From assembly GCA_019358915.1 (NCBI GenBank), contig JAHHIM010000003.1, positions 32,001-96,000 on the forward strand: a DNA stretch of 64,000 bases, read 5' to 3'. Source of the DNA: Trichormus sp. ATA11-4-KO1 (lineage in GTDB: Bacteria > Cyanobacteriota > Cyanobacteriia > Cyanobacteriales > Nostocaceae). Below, one piece after another: positions 29,996-41,034 of this stretch. The first letter of the stretch is position 1. Each line of letters opens with the position of its first letter. Position numbers and translations under genes: made by a program. A model generated the notes under the pieces. It ran no database searches and was not told the origin of the DNA. It saw nothing but the letters and a program-made list of their open reading frames with translations.

Positions 29996-30098
29996 GGCGT
30001 TGCTGATTGCATGTATGAATTTGTGTCACGCAGAGGCGCAGAGAGTAAGAGTTTAAAAAATGGACTTTTTGATTTTCATACCTTGATTCAGCAATGCC
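29996..30098. mobile_element. MITE, ~103 bp
   Basis: Imperfect 24-bp TIRs GGCGTTGCTGATTGCATGTATGAA / TTCATACCTTGATTCAGCAATGCC; internal CACGCAGAGGCGCAGAG motif. Confidence 0.7.
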
Positions 30099-30136
30099 GA
30101 CTATGTAAAGCGGTGATCAATGTCAGATAATAGTGT

Positions 30137-32206
30137 TTATTTTCCTAAACCCAATCTATCGAGAATGAAAGCATACTCAAAAGCCAGTTCTCGCAAACTT
30201 TCATAACGTCCAGATGCGCCGCTATGTCCTGCACCCATGTTGGTTTTCAGCAACAAAATATGATTATCTGTTTTCAATTCTCGGAGTTTGGCTGTCCATT
30301 TGGCAGGTTCCCAATATTTGACGCGAGAATCGTTTAAGCCGGCTGTAATCAATAAATCTGGGTAGTCTTTGGCTGCAACGTTATCGTAGGGTGAGTAAGA
30401 TTTCATGTAGTCATAATAAACTTTGTCGTTGGGATTTCCCCATTCTTCCCATTCCATTGCTGATAGGGGTAGAGATGTATCTAGGATTGTCGTTACTACG
30501 TCTACAAAGGGGACATTGGCGACTACTGCTTTAAATAATTCGGGACGCATGTTGATGACTGCACCCATTAATAAACCGCCTGCACTACCGCCGGTAATTG
30601 CCAGGCGATCGCTTGCTGTCCAACCTTCCGTAATTAAATACTCGGCACAGGCGATAAAATCTGTAAAGGTGTTCTTTTTCTGTAAAAATTTACCCTCTTC
30701 ATACCACTTTCTTCCCATTTCTTCACCACCGCGAATATGAGCAATAGCAAAGACTGCTCCCCGGTCTAGCAATGTCAATCGCGTTGATGAAAATGATGCT
30801 GGGTAAGAAGAACCATAAGCACCATATCCTGTCAGTAACAAAGGATTTTTACCATCTTTTTTCATTCCTTGTTTGTAAACAATAGATATGGGAATCTTCG
30901 TACCATCGGGTGCAGTAGCCATCAGCCACTCACTCTGATATTCATTTTTATTGTAGCCACCTAGAACTTCTGTCTGCTTTTTTAATTCCCTCTGATTTGT
31001 TTCCATATTGTAATCAAAAACAGACGGCGGAGTAATTAAAGAGGTGTAATGAAAGCGCAAAATATTAGTATTAAATTCAGGGTTATTGCCTTCATAAATT
31101 TCATATGTTGGCTCAGGAAAAATAATATTATTTTCCTCACTTGTCGATAAATTTTGCACCCTTGCCGTGGGCAATCCGCCCTTTCTTTCATAAATTACCA
31201 AGTGATTAGCAAAAAGGCTCACCCCTAATAACAGAACATCTTCTCTATGGGGAATTATCGTTTGCCAATTTTCTGGGGATGGGGAAGTTACAGGTGTTTT
31301 CACCAATTTAAAGTTAATAGCTTTGTCATTGGTAACGATATAGAAGTCATCGCTGTGATGTTCAACATCGTATTCTATTCCTGTAGTGCGTGGGCGAATT
31401 ATTTGAAAATTACTTTGGGGATGATTAGCATTTAAATAGTGTACTTCTGTAGTAATGCTACTTTGTAAGGTCATTAATATATATGCTTGGCTGCGGGTTT
31501 TTTCAACATATAAATGATAAATATCATCCATTTCCTGATAAATTAGCACATCTTCATGAGGAGAAGTTCCTAAAGTGTGCCGTAGGAGTTGATAAGGACG
31601 GTTGGCATCATCAATTTTGGTGTAAAACCCTGTTTTATTATCATTGCCCCAAGCAAAAGAAAAATAAGTATCAGGAATTGTTTCTGCATATAACTCATGT
31701 GTATTCAAGTCAAGAAAACACAGTGTATATTGTTCAGAACCACTAGTATCCAATGAATAAGCTAAGATTTGATGATTAGGACTAATTGCAAATACACCTA
31801 ATTCAAAAAAATCATGTCCATCTGCTAATTCATTTTCATCTAGTAGCACTTCTTCGGGAGCGTCTAAGCTACCTTTTTTCCGGCAATGAATTGGATAAGC
31901 TTTGCCTTCTTCGGTGCGTGAATAATAATAATATTCATCTTTACGATATGGTACGGATAAATCTGTTTCTTTAATCCGCGCCAGCATTTCATTGTAGAGA
32001 TGGGTTTGCAGCGTTTCCGTATGCTGCATCATCGCTGCTGTATAGGCGTTTTCTGCTTCCAAATAAGCGATAACTTGCGGATTTTCTAGATCGCGCATCC
32101 AAAAATATTTATCTATGCGGCGATCGCCATGTAATTCTAAAAGCTGTGGCTGTTGTTCAGCAATAGGTGGCGTGACGATTTTTTGTAAAACATGATCTTT
32201 ATTCAT
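30137..32206 (-). CDS. ptrB: Oligopeptidase B (S9A peptidase)
   Basis: GYGAYG, HIRGGEEMGRKWY, GGSAGGLL (catalytic Ser), NDSRVKYWEPAKW, AGHSG. Confidence 0.92.
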   Translation of the reverse strand: MNKDHVLQKIVTPPIAEQQPQLLELHGDRRIDKYFWMRDLENPQVIAYLEAENAYTAAMMQHTETLQTHLYNEMLARIKETDLSVPYRKDEYYYYSRTEEGKAYPIHCRKKGSLDAPEEVLLDENELADGHDFFELGVFAISPNHQILAYSLDTSGSEQYTLCFLDLNTHELYAETIPDTYFSFAWGNDNKTGFYTKIDDANRPYQLLRHTLGTSPHEDVLIYQEMDDIYHLYVEKTRSQAYILMTLQSSITTEVHYLNANHPQSNFQIIRPRTTGIEYDVEHHSDDFYIVTNDKAINFKLVKTPVTSPSPENWQTIIPHREDVLLLGVSLFANHLVIYERKGGLPTARVQNLSTSEENNIIFPEPTYEIYEGNNPEFNTNILRFHYTSLITPPSVFDYNMETNQRELKKQTEVLGGYNKNEYQSEWLMATAPDGTKIPISIVYKQGMKKDGKNPLLLTGYGAYGSSYPASFSSTRLTLLDRGAVFAIAHIRGGEEMGRKWYEEGKFLQKKNTFTDFIACAEYLITEGWTASDRLAITGGSAGGLLMGAVINMRPELFKAVVANVPFVDVVTTILDTSLPLSAMEWEEWGNPNDKVYYDYMKSYSPYDNVAAKDYPDLLITAGLNDSRVKYWEPAKWTAKLRELKTDNHILLLKTNMGAGHSGASGRYESLRELAFEYAFILDRLGLGK

Positions 32207-32236
32207 AATTTTTAACCTGTAGCAAATAACCAGCAA

Positions 32237-32983
32237 CTAGCTGTTGGAAACTGAAGATGAACTAGAACTTTTAGTTTGGCGATGAGAGTTTCTTTTTAAG
32301 GTACACAAGCCAATTGCTGGTATAACTCCGAGAATCACGGACGTAAATCCTTGTTCACTCCAATACAATATCGGAGTCCGATTCATTTCTGGAATCAAAT
32401 TCTGCACAAGAGAAAGCGACCAAACGCAAATACTGATCAAAAAGAAGGAAACAGAAGGCAGAAAATTCCACAACCACGCTTGTTTTGTGTAACGCCGTAA
32501 CACTAGCCATTGGCACATCCCTAGCCAAATTCCCGAAAGAATATATGAGATTGTTGACAAAAAGCCCAAGATAACAATTAACTCAGGAGAGACAACTTGA
32601 TTTAAAGAGGTGGCAATAGATGAAATATAATTCACCCAGGCGATCGCTATGCTATTGGCAATCAGCCAACCTGCACTAGTCGCCAGCATCCATCGCCAAC
32701 CAGAGAGATAGCGACGCAGGACAAGAGCTTGATCGGCGGCAAAAATTACCGCAAACACAATGTTACCGAGTATTTTAACCCAGTGAAAAGAATCGGCAGG
32801 TGGTAGGCTTCCCAGGATACTTGTTTCTAAACCTATGCTAGCAATACCACCCACAACCCATCCCAAGACGGTCATCAAGGTAAACAAAACACAAAATTGC
32901 CGTCGCTGGGAACGGGGAATCAATAATTTTCCTACTTGAGAAGTAGATGCAACACGAGAAGGACTATTAGAGGATGTTTGCAT
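32237..32983 (-). CDS. Hypothetical multi-pass membrane protein
   Basis: About six hydrophobic segments with duplicated QALVLRRY / QWLVLRRY motif. Confidence 0.75.
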   Translation of the reverse strand: MQTSSNSPSRVASTSQVGKLLIPRSQRRQFCVLFTLMTVLGWVVGGIASIGLETSILGSLPPADSFHWVKILGNIVFAVIFAADQALVLRRYLSGWRWMLATSAGWLIANSIAIAWVNYISSIATSLNQVVSPELIVILGFLSTISYILSGIWLGMCQWLVLRRYTKQAWLWNFLPSVSFFLISICVWSLSLVQNLIPEMNRTPILYWSEQGFTSVILGVIPAIGLCTLKRNSHRQTKSSSSSSVSNS

Positions 32984-33017
32984 ATTGAGGGAGTAGGGAG
33001 TTAGGGAAGAATATTTA

Positions 33018-33048
33018 ATTACGAATTACGAATTACGAATTACGAATT
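33018..33048. repeat. Short tandem heptamer repeat (AATTACG)n
   Basis: Four tandem copies of AATTACG. Confidence 0.85.
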
Positions 33049-33131
33049 GGTAATCAGCACTCTCAAAAGCGTAATCCCAGAATGATAAGCTAAACAGTGG
33101 CATAAAAAAGTGACTTAGGATGAAGTGTTAA

Positions 33132-34187
33132 ATGGGTGTTTCGTTAACGGCTCCTCATCTCCTCCGGGCTGCTCGTGGTGAAGTAGTAGATCGTCCCCCC
33201 GTCTGGATGATGCGACAAGCGGGACGATATATGAAAGCATATCGAGACTTACGGGAAAAATATCCTTCTTTCCGCGATCGCTCGGAAATTCCTGAAGTAG
33301 CGATTGAAGTTTCCCTGCAACCTTGGAGAGCATTCCAGCCAGACGGAGTGATTTTATTTTCCGACATTGTCACCCCATTGCCTGGATTGGGCATTGAGAT
33401 GGACATTGCGGAAGGTAAAGGCCCTATCATTCACTCGCCTATCCGTACCCAAGAACAAATTGATCGCCTGCGTCCCTTAGAACCAGAAGCAGCACTCCCT
33501 TTTATTAAGACAATTTTGCAAGCGTTACGCCAGGAAGTAGGCAATCAATCAACAGTTTTAGGCTTTGTGGGTGCGCCGTGGACACTAGCGGCTTATGCGG
33601 TGGAGGGTAAAGGTTCCAAAACCTACTCTGTGATCAAAAATATGGCGTTTTCCGATCCGACCATGTTACATCAGCTATTAGCCAAATTAGCTGATGCGAT
33701 CGCGGTTTATACACGCTACCAAATTGATTGTGGCGCTCAAGTTGTGCAAATGTTCGATTCCTGGGCAGGTCAACTGAGTCCCCAAGATTATGATACTTTT
33801 GCTTTGCCTTATCAGCAAAGGGTTTTCCAGCAAGTCAAGCAAACCCATCCTGATACACCATTGATTTTGTTGGTTAGCGGTAGTGCAGGTGTGCTGGAGA
33901 GAATGCCTAAATCGGGTGCAGATGTTGTAACTGTCGATTGGGCTGTGGACATGGCAGAAGCCAGAGCCAGATTAGGCAAACACGTGAAAGTCCAAGGAAA
34001 TCTTGACCCAGGTGTATTATTTGGCTCTAAAGAGTTTATCCGCGAGCGAATTTTAGATACTGTTCGCAAAGCTGGTAATTGGGGTCATATTCTCAATCTC
34101 GGTCATGGTGTACTACCAGAAACTCCAGAAGAAAATGTCGCTTTCTTCTTTGAAACAGCCAAGCAACTCAAGGCTGTAGGAGTTTGA
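33132..34187 (+). CDS. hemE: Uroporphyrinogen decarboxylase
   Basis: [40 protein letters not shown]. Confidence 0.97.
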   Translation: MGVSLTAPHLLRAARGEVVDRPPVWMMRQAGRYMKAYRDLREKYPSFRDRSEIPEVAIEVSLQPWRAFQPDGVILFSDIVTPLPGLGIEMDIAEGKGPIIHSPIRTQEQIDRLRPLEPEAALPFIKTILQALRQEVGNQSTVLGFVGAPWTLAAYAVEGKGSKTYSVIKNMAFSDPTMLHQLLAKLADAIAVYTRYQIDCGAQVVQMFDSWAGQLSPQDYDTFALPYQQRVFQQVKQTHPDTPLILLVSGSAGVLERMPKSGADVVTVDWAVDMAEARARLGKHVKVQGNLDPGVLFGSKEFIRERILDTVRKAGNWGHILNLGHGVLPETPEENVAFFFETAKQLKAVGV

Positions 34188-34319
34188 TTCCCTTTGTTTC
34201 TTGGTGTCTTGGTGTTTTTAACCACAAAGACACTAAGACACAAAGAAATATAAATTGGAACTTTTAAATAGATTTTTAAATCTTAAATTTTTAATTACTA
34301 GTTTTATTTACAATTCCAT

Positions 34320-35279
34320 ATGAGCCAAAAAAGAATTTTAGTAACGGGTGCCAGTGGGTGTATAGGTCACTATATAACAGAAACTTTAATTCAAAATACC
34401 AATCACGAACTGTATTTATTAGTCAGAAATCCCAAAAAACTACAAGTTGATACTACAGTGCGCCCTGGGATCAATGTTGTGCAGGGTGATATGCAAAACA
34501 TTAGCCTTTTAGCTAATTTATTACCAACAATTGATACAGCCGTCCTCACAGCTACTGCTTGGGGTGGTGATGAAACATTTGATGTTAATGTCGTCAAGAC
34601 TCTAGAGTTAATGCAATTGTTAGATCCACAACGCTGTGAACAAGTAATTTATTTCTCTACAGCTAGTGTTTTGGATCGTCACAATCAACCTTTAAAGGAA
34701 GCTGGGGAAATTGGTACAGACTATATTCGTTCCAAATATGACTGTTTACAGAAAACTTCAAAATTAGAAATAGCTCCCAAAATTACCAAAGTTTTTCCCA
34801 CTTTAGTTTTAGGTGGCGATGATAATAAACCTTATTCTCATGCAACATCGGGAATTCCCGAAATTGCGAAATATATTAATTTAATTCGTTGGTTGCAAGT
34901 AGACGGTAGTTTCCATTTTATCCACGGACGAGACATTGCGACTACGGTGCAACATTTAATTGAACATCCGCCCCAAGCAAACGAACCGCGCCAATTTGTT
35001 TTAGGACAAGCAGCGTTAACAGCAAATCAAGCAGTGGAACAAGTTTGTACTTATCTGGGAAAGAAAATTTATTATCGTATTCCTTTATCTTTAGCATTGG
35101 CTAATTTGATTATTGCCGTGTTTCGTATTCAAATGGCCGCCTGGGATCGGTTCTGCATGAACTATCGCCATTTTAGTTATGAAACTGTGGTCAATCCAGC
35201 TAGTTTTGGTTTACCAAATTACTGTGCAACTATGAGTGATGTTTTAAAAATTAGCGGTGTCAAAGGTGCAAGAAACTGA
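34320..35279 (+). CDS. NAD-dependent epimerase/dehydratase family protein
   Basis: ILVTGASGCIG, YIRSK (YxxxK), FIHGRDIA. Confidence 0.85.
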   Translation: MSQKRILVTGASGCIGHYITETLIQNTNHELYLLVRNPKKLQVDTTVRPGINVVQGDMQNISLLANLLPTIDTAVLTATAWGGDETFDVNVVKTLELMQLLDPQRCEQVIYFSTASVLDRHNQPLKEAGEIGTDYIRSKYDCLQKTSKLEIAPKITKVFPTLVLGGDDNKPYSHATSGIPEIAKYINLIRWLQVDGSFHFIHGRDIATTVQHLIEHPPQANEPRQFVLGQAALTANQAVEQVCTYLGKKIYYRIPLSLALANLIIAVFRIQMAAWDRFCMNYRHFSYETVVNPASFGLPNYCATMSDVLKISGVKGARN

Positions 35280-35285
35280 ATCAAA

Positions 35286-35336
35286 TACTATGCTGCTGCT
35301 GATGTCTGCGTAGTGCCCAGTCACTATGAACTCTTC
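35286..35336 (+). pseudogene. Fragment of a GT4 glycosyltransferase
   Basis: Reads YYAAADVCVVPSHYELF, matching the GT4 motif that normally continues EPFGLV. Confidence 0.6.
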
Positions 35337-35367
35337 CTCTGTGCTGTTGTGCATGTCTAGATTAGGA

Positions 35368-35994
35368 TTAACTTCCACGCAAAAAGCTCCTTAACCACCT
35401 AATCGCCTCACTTGTTGTTTGCTCATTTACAATTTGGAGGCATTGCTGCACAATTTCTCTGAGGTTAGGAAAATAGCTGCTTTCTGTAATTACGTAATTT
35501 TCACCCTGCAATCTATAAATTAATAGCTGCTTATTCTTTAACAGCCAAACCTCTGGCACTTTATAAGGAAGATAGTCATCAATATTGGTATAGCTAGTAA
35601 CATCTACTTCAATCACTAAATCAGGTGGTGGATCTAATTCCCAATTAATTTTCTTTTTACCTACTACTGCTCTCCAGTTTTCAATATAAAAACAAAAGTC
35701 AGGCTCAATGCCGCCGACTTCTGGCAAGCTCATGGTGATGGGCGTAAATGAGTCGTATGTGCAGTTTAAGTGGTCAAGTAAAGCTGTTACTATCAATCCC
35801 AGCAAGCTCGCATCCCTTCCATGCTCTGGTAGCGGTGCCATTAGCAAAATCTCTCCAGGTCGATATTTAATGCGAGGGGAGCAGCGATCGCCAAGTTGCT
35901 GACTCAATGCTTGATAGTCTTGCCAAGATCCCAACATCCTGACAACTGTGCCAGGTGGCAACTCGATTCTTTCAGGTGTAATTACAGTGTGCAT
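35368..35994 (-). CDS. Uma2-family (DUF820) endonuclease
   Basis: SWQDY, MAPLPEH, IEPDFCFYI, PPDLVIEVD, VPEVW. Confidence 0.88.
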   Translation of the reverse strand: MHTVITPERIELPPGTVVRMLGSWQDYQALSQQLGDRCSPRIKYRPGEILLMAPLPEHGRDASLLGLIVTALLDHLNCTYDSFTPITMSLPEVGGIEPDFCFYIENWRAVVGKKKINWELDPPPDLVIEVDVTSYTNIDDYLPYKVPEVWLLKNKQLLIYRLQGENYVITESSYFPNLREIVQQCLQIVNEQTTSEAIRWLRSFLRGS

Positions 35995-36153
35995 ATTCGC
36001 CTACCTTGAGAAACTCCGGCTACACCAAAACGTTTGACTGTTTTTGATGAACCCCTATTATGCGCTCTGCATTTATTTCAATCATCTAAAGTGTTAACGG
36101 TTATATCCACTCAAAAATTGAAGTCGGAAGCAACACTAACGAAATATTCTCAC

Positions 36154-37275
36154 TTATGCTAAAGGTAAGAAAAAACAAAATGTGCTGCCAATTCCCAGTT
36201 CGCTTTCTACATAAATCTTACCGCCTTGCAATTCCACTAAACGGCGGGTGATGGTTAAACCAATACCTGTACCTCCAGAATGGCGATCGCGTGATTGGTC
36301 AGCACGCCAAAAGCGCTCAAACACATGAGGTAAATCTTCTGGGGCAATGCCAATCCCTGTATCCACAACTGCAATCCAAAGTTTAGCTGCTTCAGTCCAA
36401 ACACGCAGAGTAATTGTACCTTGAACTGTGTAGCGTACTGCATTACCTAGTAGATTGACTAGCACCTGTTCTGTGCGATCAATATCTGCCAATACCAAAG
36501 GTAGTGAGGATGGACATTCCCAACGTAAAACAGGGCCATCTTCCCACAACTGATCGCTAAATTTCTCCACTAGTGACTCGAATAAAGGAAACAAATTCAC
36601 AGGTTGGATATTAATTGGCAGATAACCCGCTTCTGCTTTGGAAAGTTCTTGTAAATCGTTAACTAACCGCTCTAAGCGTTTAGTTTCCTTGGCCAACCGC
36701 CGATAAATTTCCGGAGAAGGTTCCATTTGTCCATCGGCGAGTTCTTCTAAGTAACCACGTACAACTGTTAATGGTGTCCGCAGTTCATGGGTCATATCTC
36801 CAATTAATTCCCGCCGCCGTGCTTCTACCCCTTCTAAACTGGCTGCCATTCGATTAAAACTAGTACCCAATCGCTGGAGTTCTGGAATATCAGACAGAGG
36901 TAGCCGTGCTTCTAGTTGACCAGCCGCAAACTTTTGCGTAATTTGTTCCATCTCCGTCAACCGCAGCATAATCCGTCTAGATACCCAGTAACTTAATCCT
37001 CCCGCAGCAGTGCTACCAACTAAAACAGACCAAATAGTACTTCGCCGCCAAGCAGTTTCAAATCCTTGAACTAATTGAGTGCGGATATTAATTAATCTCA
37101 TCCCTCTACTTTCTAATCTTTCCAAATGCAGAATAAAAAGGTGGGGAGAAGAGACTTTGCTGATGATCACAAGACTAATTAATCCCACCATCATGACTAC
37201 CAGGTGAGATAAAAAGAGGCGCGATGCCAAAGGTAAGGATTTTGTCCAACGCCAGCCGATCTTAAACATCCTCAC
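36154..37275 (-). CDS. Membrane sensor histidine kinase (HAMP-HisKA-HATPase, BaeS-like)
   Basis: THELRTPL, NLLGNAVRY, DTGIGI, GTGIGL. Confidence 0.93.
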   Translation of the reverse strand: MRMFKIGWRWTKSLPLASRLFLSHLVVMMVGLISLVIISKVSSPHLFILHLERLESRGMRLINIRTQLVQGFETAWRRSTIWSVLVGSTAAGGLSYWVSRRIMLRLTEMEQITQKFAAGQLEARLPLSDIPELQRLGTSFNRMAASLEGVEARRRELIGDMTHELRTPLTVVRGYLEELADGQMEPSPEIYRRLAKETKRLERLVNDLQELSKAEAGYLPINIQPVNLFPLFESLVEKFSDQLWEDGPVLRWECPSSLPLVLADIDRTEQVLVNLLGNAVRYTVQGTITLRVWTEAAKLWIAVVDTGIGIAPEDLPHVFERFWRADQSRDRHSGGTGIGLTITRRLVELQGGKIYVESELGIGSTFCFFLPLA

Positions 37276-37982
37276 GCTACCGGAGAATCTTCAAATTTGT
37301 ACCCTACCCCAACCACAGTTTTAATAAAAGTGGGACTAGCCGGATCAGGCTCAATTTTTTTTCGTAACCGCGCTACATGAGTATCAACCACACGCTCATC
37401 GCCAAAAAAATTATCGCCCCAAAGTTTGTCAATTAGCTGAGTGCGGTTCCACACTCGACCAGGATTACTGACAAAGGTGCTTAATAAATTAAATTCCAAG
37501 GTAGTTAAGTCCAAAGTTTCTGCTGGCTGGGAATTCATCTGACGACTGGCAGTGCGTTGATCTAAATCAACTATAAAATGTTGGGTACGATTCATCTGAT
37601 GCTGTCCCCCTTGGCGGAGACTACGCCGCAATAATGCCCGCACCCTAGCAACTAATTCTCTGGGGCTGAAGGGTTTAACCATGTAGTCATCAGCACCAGT
37701 GGATAAGCCAATCACGCGATCAATTTCCTCACCCTTCGCTGTCAGCATCAAAATATAGGGGTCTTTGGCACCGGGTTGCTGGCGAATCCTCGCACAAACT
37801 TCCAGTCCATCTAACCCAGGAATCATTAAGTCTAAAATGATTAAATCTGGTGGTTGCTCCTGAAACATCCGCAGGGCATTGACTCCATCGCGACTCATGC
37901 GACAGGAAAATCCTTCTTTATTCAAAGAAAGTTGGATTAATTGAGCAATTTCCGGTTCATCCTCAACAATTAAAATATCCAT
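37272..37982 (-). CDS. OmpR-family response regulator
   Basis: ILIVEDE, ILDLMIPG, MLTAK, KPFSPREL, VDTHVARLRKKIE, TVVGVGYKF; GTGA overlap with the kinase. Confidence 0.95.
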   Translation of the reverse strand: MDILIVEDEPEIAQLIQLSLNKEGFSCRMSRDGVNALRMFQEQPPDLIILDLMIPGLDGLEVCARIRQQPGAKDPYILMLTAKGEEIDRVIGLSTGADDYMVKPFSPRELVARVRALLRRSLRQGGQHQMNRTQHFIVDLDQRTASRQMNSQPAETLDLTTLEFNLLSTFVSNPGRVWNRTQLIDKLWGDNFFGDERVVDTHVARLRKKIEPDPASPTFIKTVVGVGYKFEDSPVA

Positions 37983-38100
37983 CTCAATTAGGATTAAATA
38001 AAATACGCAGAGTAATTCCCTGGTTTGTCATTCTACTCCATTAACCTGATACAGGTCTGGCAGTCATGAATGTAAAATTGGATGGATTCACAATGAGAAT

Positions 38101-38811
38101 TTACAGATGGGAATTGGACAGAGTTCGATAACTATAGCCTAAATGAGAATCCTTTTGAATGTATTGTTTAATGCTATCGAGATCAAGGAAATAGTCAGCA
38201 ACATCAATTAAACTGTCACTGGTCATAGCTCTTAAACTCACAACTTCAACCCGAGATCCTGTACTAGTGACAGCATTAACAGCATAAGCCAAATCTCTAT
38301 CTCCACTGACTAAAATTGCCGTATCGTAGTAGGGAGCTAAAGTAATCATATCAACAGCAATTTCTACATTCAAATTGTGTTTTTTGGTATGATCTGCCAG
38401 TTGCACTTCTTTGGTAACTACACGGTAACCATTCCGACGCATCCAAAAGAGAAAACCTTGTTGTTTCTCACTAGTACGGGGACGTGTAGTCGTTGGTCGG
38501 GAAATATCAACCACTGTGTAAAAGAAAGCACGTAGCAACCGCGAACCAGCAGTTAAACGACAAAGCAATTTGAGATAATCGATTTCCATGCCGAGTTGTA
38601 AAGCTGTATGAAATAGGCTAACGCCATCAATAAAAATAGCTACTCGACCACGATTTAAATCTTTGACCAGGGAACTGTCAGATATAGGCTCCCGTCTTTT
38701 GGGATTTTCACCTTTGATACCATTTTTTATCAGGACTTTCCCTGGTAAATGAGGTTCCTCTTCAGGGCGTTTATATGCATTTTCTGGTTTGGTAAAATTA
38801 GTGATAGTCAT
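38101..38811 (-). CDS. NYN-domain (LabA/DUF88-like) protein
   Basis: VAIFIDG, RAFFY, VEIAVDM, AILVSGDRD, SLIDVADYFLDL. Confidence 0.85.
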   Translation of the reverse strand: MTITNFTKPENAYKRPEEEPHLPGKVLIKNGIKGENPKRREPISDSSLVKDLNRGRVAIFIDGVSLFHTALQLGMEIDYLKLLCRLTAGSRLLRAFFYTVVDISRPTTTRPRTSEKQQGFLFWMRRNGYRVVTKEVQLADHTKKHNLNVEIAVDMITLAPYYDTAILVSGDRDLAYAVNAVTSTGSRVEVVSLRAMTSDSLIDVADYFLDLDSIKQYIQKDSHLGYSYRTLSNSHL

Positions 38812-39942
38812 TGACTCCTCTAGATTTTAAATCTGGAAATGCTTTTGGGTAAATTGGCAATAGATCGACTTGGCTGATTGACCAGCCTAGCCGCAAATAC
38901 AGTCAAATCGTGTTAATTGTGGAGATTCCAAACTTTAACGCCCCAGAGTTTTAACTCTTCTCAGGGCGGATTTTACGAGATATTCCCTTTGCCTACAGTT
39001 ATGCTGCTCTTTACCTACCTCTACATGCAAAAACTTGAGTGCAGAATAGATTTAGGCATGAGCCATCGGCATCTATGTTTATTGTACATCTTTATTTTAA
39101 AAACCTTTAATTAAGGGAATATTTAAATATTGGGGCAATGAAAACTACACCAAATATTAGTACTAAATTCTTGACATAAAAAGATTATTTATTCATTAAT
39201 TTTAAAATATTTAATATCATCAATTTTCAGGTTAATAAGCATTATCAACAAGATTCATACTGGTTATTATATGCTTTCCATGATGAAATTTATTATTTGT
39301 TCTTGACACGATAACTAAACTTTTTGCGGTATTTTAATCTTATAAATAATTAGGTCAGCATAAATAATTAAAATTTTGTAGTGAGGGCTATTTTTTCCAT
39401 CCAAATCAAGCTTACTTTTTTATATTGTTTCACATGATTTGATTTATTCTCGCCGACTCCAAAAAATCGGCGGATGACTATCTCTTCAAAAAGTGGGAAA
39501 GATAGTTGCCTGGCGATTTAGTTACTAGTCATAATGACTTGAAATTTCACAGCTACGACAAAGAGAGTAACAATGTGTTCTTAGCTGTGGGATGACTTAA
39601 AGAAATAGTATTAAGCAATTTGTATTCTTGATTACTGACAAACTTAAACTCCACCTCTCCTTCCGAGGGAGGGAATGGATTTAGCAAAAAGATAAATTTA
39701 TTTTTAGACTAGTCCACTATTAACATGTCTTTGCTCATCTCCTCCTGCGGTGTCTTCACCTTGGAGGTTATTTTTTTGAGCGCGATAAAACTAGCTAGAG
39801 AAGCGTAATCTCAAGAGTGGCTAAATACACATCAACAAGGAACATCTCAGTTTTCGAGGTGTAACTTAAAAAGAGGTAATGTGTTGAGGTAGGATAGCTC
39901 CCAGGACATCAATAGAGCTACATCCTACAAAAAAACATAATT

Positions 39943-41034
39943 ATGACCACTTCCCCAATCCCTGCTCAAGAATCTTCTGCTAGCTGGTATATCTTGCTGC
40001 AACAATTAATGGATGGTCAATCATTATCCCGCGCTCAAGCCACTGAATTGATGCAAGGGTGGTTAACCGAAGCCGTTCCGCCAGAATTATCAGGAGCAAT
40101 TTTAACAGCGCTGAACTTTAAAGGTGTTTCTGCTGAAGAGTTGACTGGGATGGCTGAAGTATTACAATCTCAATCTTCCCCACTTCCTACTCACCACTCC
40201 CGTACGACTACGCTCACGGCAAGCCCACTCCCCACTGTCATAGATACCTGTGGCACCGGCGGCGACGGGTCATCAACTTTTAACATTTCCACAGCAGTCG
40301 CCTTTGTTGCTGCTGCCCACGGTGTACCCGTTGCGAAACACGGCAATCGTTCGGCATCAAGTCTTACAGGCAGTGCCGATGTTTTGGAAGCTTTGGGAGT
40401 AAATCTTAGTGCCTCTAGTGAAAAGGTGCAAGCAGCACTACATGAGGTGGGGATCACGTTTTTGTTTGCGCCTGGTTGGCATCCAGCCCTGAAGGCCGTT
40501 GCTTCTTTGCGTCGGACTTTAAAAGTGCGAACCGTATTTAATTTACTGGGGCCGTTAGTTAATCCCTTGCGTCCGCATGGTCAGGTGGTAGGGCTATTTA
40601 CTCCCAAACTTTTGGCAACTGTTGCCCAGGCTTTACACAATTTGGGTAAACAAAAAGCAATAGTCTTGCATGGGCGAGAAAGACTCGATGAGGCTGGTTT
40701 AGGTGATTTAACTGATTTGGCAATTTTATCTGGAGGTGAGGTGCAGTTAACTACTGTGAATCCCCAGGAAGTAGGTATCACAACTGCTCCCATAGCGGCA
40801 CTCCGGGGTGGGGATGTTCAAGAAAATGCAGTAATTCTCAAGGCAGTGCTGCAAGGTAAGGGAACTCAGGCACAACAAGACGCAGTGGCATTAAATGCCT
40901 CATTGGCACTGCAAGTGGCGGGTGTAATTCCGTTGTTAGATCATGCCCAAGGTGTGAGTGTGGCTAGGGAAATTCTCCAGAGTGGTTCCCCTTGGGAAAA
41001 ACTGGAACAGCTAGTTCAGTTCCTCCAGAATTAA
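39943..41034 (+). CDS. trpD: Anthranilate phosphoribosyltransferase
   Basis: [43 protein letters not shown]. Confidence 0.96.
   Translation: MTTSPIPAQESSASWYILLQQLMDGQSLSRAQATELMQGWLTEAVPPELSGAILTALNFKGVSAEELTGMAEVLQSQSSPLPTHHSRTTTLTASPLPTVIDTCGTGGDGSSTFNISTAVAFVAAAHGVPVAKHGNRSASSLTGSADVLEALGVNLSASSEKVQAALHEVGITFLFAPGWHPALKAVASLRRTLKVRTVFNLLGPLVNPLRPHGQVVGLFTPKLLATVAQALHNLGKQKAIVLHGRERLDEAGLGDLTDLAILSGGEVQLTTVNPQEVGITTAPIAALRGGDVQENAVILKAVLQGKGTQAQQDAVALNASLALQVAGVIPLLDHAQGVSVAREILQSGSPWEKLEQLVQFLQN
40177..40236 (+). repeat. In-frame STRR/small dispersed repeat insertion within trpD
   Basis: CCCCACT-type heptamers flanking CCGTACGACTACGCTCACGGCAAGC, similar to CCTTCGACTTCGCTCAGGGTAAGC at ~58589. 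Confidence 0.7.

Noticed and set aside
38812..39942. 1.1-kb AT-rich region and the 65-aa ORF at 38917-39114
   Set aside because: No recognisable motif, RBS or conserved structure; most simply a divergent promoter region with scattered short repeats.
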